64,000 bases of DNA from an uncultured delta proteobacterium (GTDB taxonomy: Bacteria > Myxococcota > Kuafuiibacteriia > Kuafuiibacteriales > Kuafuiibacteriaceae): contig CAWDML010000009.1 in NCBI GenBank assembly GCA_963803435.1, positions 672,001-736,000 of the forward strand, written 5' to 3'. Position numbers and translations under genes: made by a program. The notes beneath the pieces are model-generated. The model was not told the DNA's origin. It did no database searches and saw only the letters and a list, made by a program, of their open reading frames with translations. Positions within the stretch are counted from its first letter, which is position 1. Each line of letters starts with the position of its first letter. Below, in pieces: positions 62,229 through 64,000 of the stretch.

Positions 62229-63410
62229 TCAGCTGGATCACTGATTTCTAGCGCATTTATCCGCGGTGGACCTGCTTTGTGCGTCTGCCGAAATCCATGA
62301 TCTTGTCGAGGATCTCGTCGGCCGTCTTCGTCCATACGAAGGGCTTGCCTTCTTCGTTGTGCACTTCGACGTAGTCGACGATCGCCTTGCGAAGTACCGG
62401 GACGCTGGTGTGGGAGCCGCGAGTGAGTGCTTCCTCGGTCAGCAGTGCGAAGAACCGTTCCACCAGGTTTAGCCATGAGGAATAGGTTGGTGTGAAGTGG
62501 AGCTGGAAGCGCGGATTGCGTAGCAGCCACCTCTTAACCTGTGGAGTCTTGTGCGTCGCGAGGTTGTCGAGGATGACGTGAACGTCAAGTTCCGGCTCTA
62601 CCGCGTTGTCGATCGTCCCGAGGAATGCGACGAAGTCCTTCGCTCGGTGTCGTGCCTTGGTCTGCGCGATGACCTTGCCCGTGGCGACGTTGAGGGCGGC
62701 GAAGAGGTCGAGCGTTCCGTGGCGGATGTAGTTGTGGGTCTGTCGCTCGGGCATCCCGAGATCCATCGGAAGGATCGGTTGAGCACGCTCCAGCGCCTGG
62801 ACCTGCGGCTTCTCGTCGAAGGAGAACACGACAGCGTTGTCGGGCGGGCTCATGTACAGACCGACGACGTCGCGAATCTTCGAGATGAACTGCGGATCGT
62901 TCGACAACTTGAAACCGCGAACGACGTGGGGCTTGAGGCCATGCGCCCGCCAGATCCGTCCGACGCTACTGGCGCTCACCCCGGCATTCTTTGCCATCTT
63001 CCGCGTGCTCCAATGCGTACGGCCCTTCGGCGTCGTTTCCAGCGTTTGCACCACGATCTCTTCAACCTGATCATCACTGATCTTTCGCGGAGCGCCGACG
63101 CGAGGCTGGTCGTACAGCCCCTCGAGACGGCACTCCGCAAACCGCCTTCTCCACAGACGAACGGTGTGGTGAGACACGTGATGGTTCCGCGCCACCGCCG
63201 CATCGGTCGCGCCAGTGGAACTGCTCAGCACCAGTTTCGCGCGAAGTGCCAGCTGTCGATTCGACCGCACGCGACGAGTCAATCGTTCGAGCTCGCGCTG
63301 TTCGTCGTCAGTCAGCGTGATCTCCGTTTTTCGAGGTCCTTTGTTCGCCCCCACGAACCACGTAGATCACACAAAGGATCTACACGCTAGAGATTTCGGA
63401 CCCGGCTGAC
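62228..63410 (-). mobile_element. IS630-family insertion sequence, TA duplication within CTAG
   Basis: Imperfect IRs GTCAGCTGGATCACTGATTTCTAGCG and (rc) GTCAGCCGGGTCCGAAATCTCTAGCG; TA at 62226-27 and 63411-12. Confidence 0.92.
62257..63354 (-). CDS. IS630-family transposase, apparently intact
   Basis: HWSTRKMA, FDEK, YIRHGT..LFAAL, ILDNLATHK, PTYSSWLNLVERFF. Confidence 0.95.
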   Translation of the reverse strand: MGANKGPRKTEITLTDDEQRELERLTRRVRSNRQLALRAKLVLSSSTGATDAAVARNHHVSHHTVRLWRRRFAECRLEGLYDQPRVGAPRKISDDQVEEIVVQTLETTPKGRTHWSTRKMAKNAGVSASSVGRIWRAHGLKPHVVRGFKLSNDPQFISKIRDVVGLYMSPPDNAVVFSFDEKPQVQALERAQPILPMDLGMPERQTHNYIRHGTLDLFAALNVATGKVIAQTKARHRAKDFVAFLGTIDNAVEPELDVHVILDNLATHKTPQVKRWLLRNPRFQLHFTPTYSSWLNLVERFFALLTEEALTRGSHTSVPVLRKAIVDYVEVHNEEGKPFVWTKTADEILDKIMDFGRRTKQVHRG

Positions 63411-63691
63411 TAGGCCGCGAGCGCGCGCAGCGCTGCTCGGCGGAGCTCCGCTTCGGGGCGGCGGGACAGCTGCGTCAGGATGACTTGTCGATCGTCCGCG
63501 GGCGCCGTCTCGACCTCTTCCAGCAGGGCGAGCGCGCCGTCGACGTCGATCTCTTCGGCGATGGAATAGAGGAGTCTCCGCCCTTCGGGCGTCGTCAGCT
63601 GCTGCCGGATCACGGCGCGTTGAATGGCGCGGGCGATCCGGGCGGCGCGACTGTTGGTTCTGCTCGGTAATGCGCGGATTTGACCAGCCAT
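63410..63691 (-). CDS. Small helical hypothetical protein (HEAT-like end)
   Basis: ...ELRRAALRALAA; TAG stop lies in the CTAG at the IS630 boundary. Confidence 0.6.
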   Translation of the reverse strand: MAGQIRALPSRTNSRAARIARAIQRAVIRQQLTTPEGRRLLYSIAEEIDVDGALALLEEVETAPADDRQVILTQLSRRPEAELRRAALRALAA

Positions 63692-63759
63692 CGTCCGACC
63701 GCAAAAAAGAACGCGCCGTGAACAGGCGCCATTCCCAGAGGGTTTGCTAAGCTCGGGCC

Positions 63760-64000
63760 GTGATCGGGCTGTTGACCGTCCTCCTCCTGACGGCGCCCCA
63801 ACAGGAGGACACCCGAAGCCCGGCCGGGCTCGACGAGGAGGCGCCGAAGACAGAGCTCCCGTCGCTCGACGTGGGCGCGTACTTCCCGTCGGGACCCTTT
63901 CGGACGGCCCAGCGGATGATTGCGGGCGGACACACCGGGGACGGCGTGCGCCTGCTCCGGCGCCTGCTCAAGGATCATCCGGACGCCGAAGAGCGCCCGC
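63760..64000 (+). CDS. Secreted protein, N-terminal part only (window edge)
   Basis: GTG start; VIGLLTVLLLTAPQQEDT...RLLRRLLKDHPDAEERP is open to the window end. Confidence 0.6.
   Translation, partial: MIGLLTVLLLTAPQQEDTRSPAGLDEEAPKTELPSLDVGAYFPSGPFRTAQRMIAGGHTGDGVRLLRRLLKDHPDAEERP

Overview
High-GC window from a Myxococcota-like bacterium (inferred from a MYXO-CTERM-like sorting tail, a TIGR04563 small-protein pair, a Ser/Thr kinase and many TPR lipoproteins). It is mostly core chromosome: hutH, aspartate kinase, UvrD/PcrA helicase, tRNA-Ala(CGC), trxA, ccsA-hemA-hemC-hemD...hemB, exbB-exbD-tonB, smc-ftsY-zapA-6S RNA-ygfA, a glycogen debranching enzyme and a topo IV-like pair. Four things stand out. 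(1) A Haliangium ochraceum-type bacterial microcompartment operon that also contains an overlapping lipoprotein gene and a MAPEG gene. (2) An ECF sigma/anti-sigma operon with a small secreted protein that resembles the anti-sigma tail. (3) A 1.85-kb element at 60380-62228 bounded by CTAG and ~70-bp inverted repeats (hairpin plus (CCCGGT)n array), carrying a four-helix-bundle gene and a decayed IS1182 transposase, with an intact IS630 at its right end; both appear to sit in one ancestral CTAG shared by two convergent stop codons. (4) All six frameshifts found in chromosomal genes are repaired by GAATC/GATTC to GATC, which suggests a base-calling footprint of a GATC DNA modification. No searches were run; family calls come from motif recognition and recalled family knowledge.
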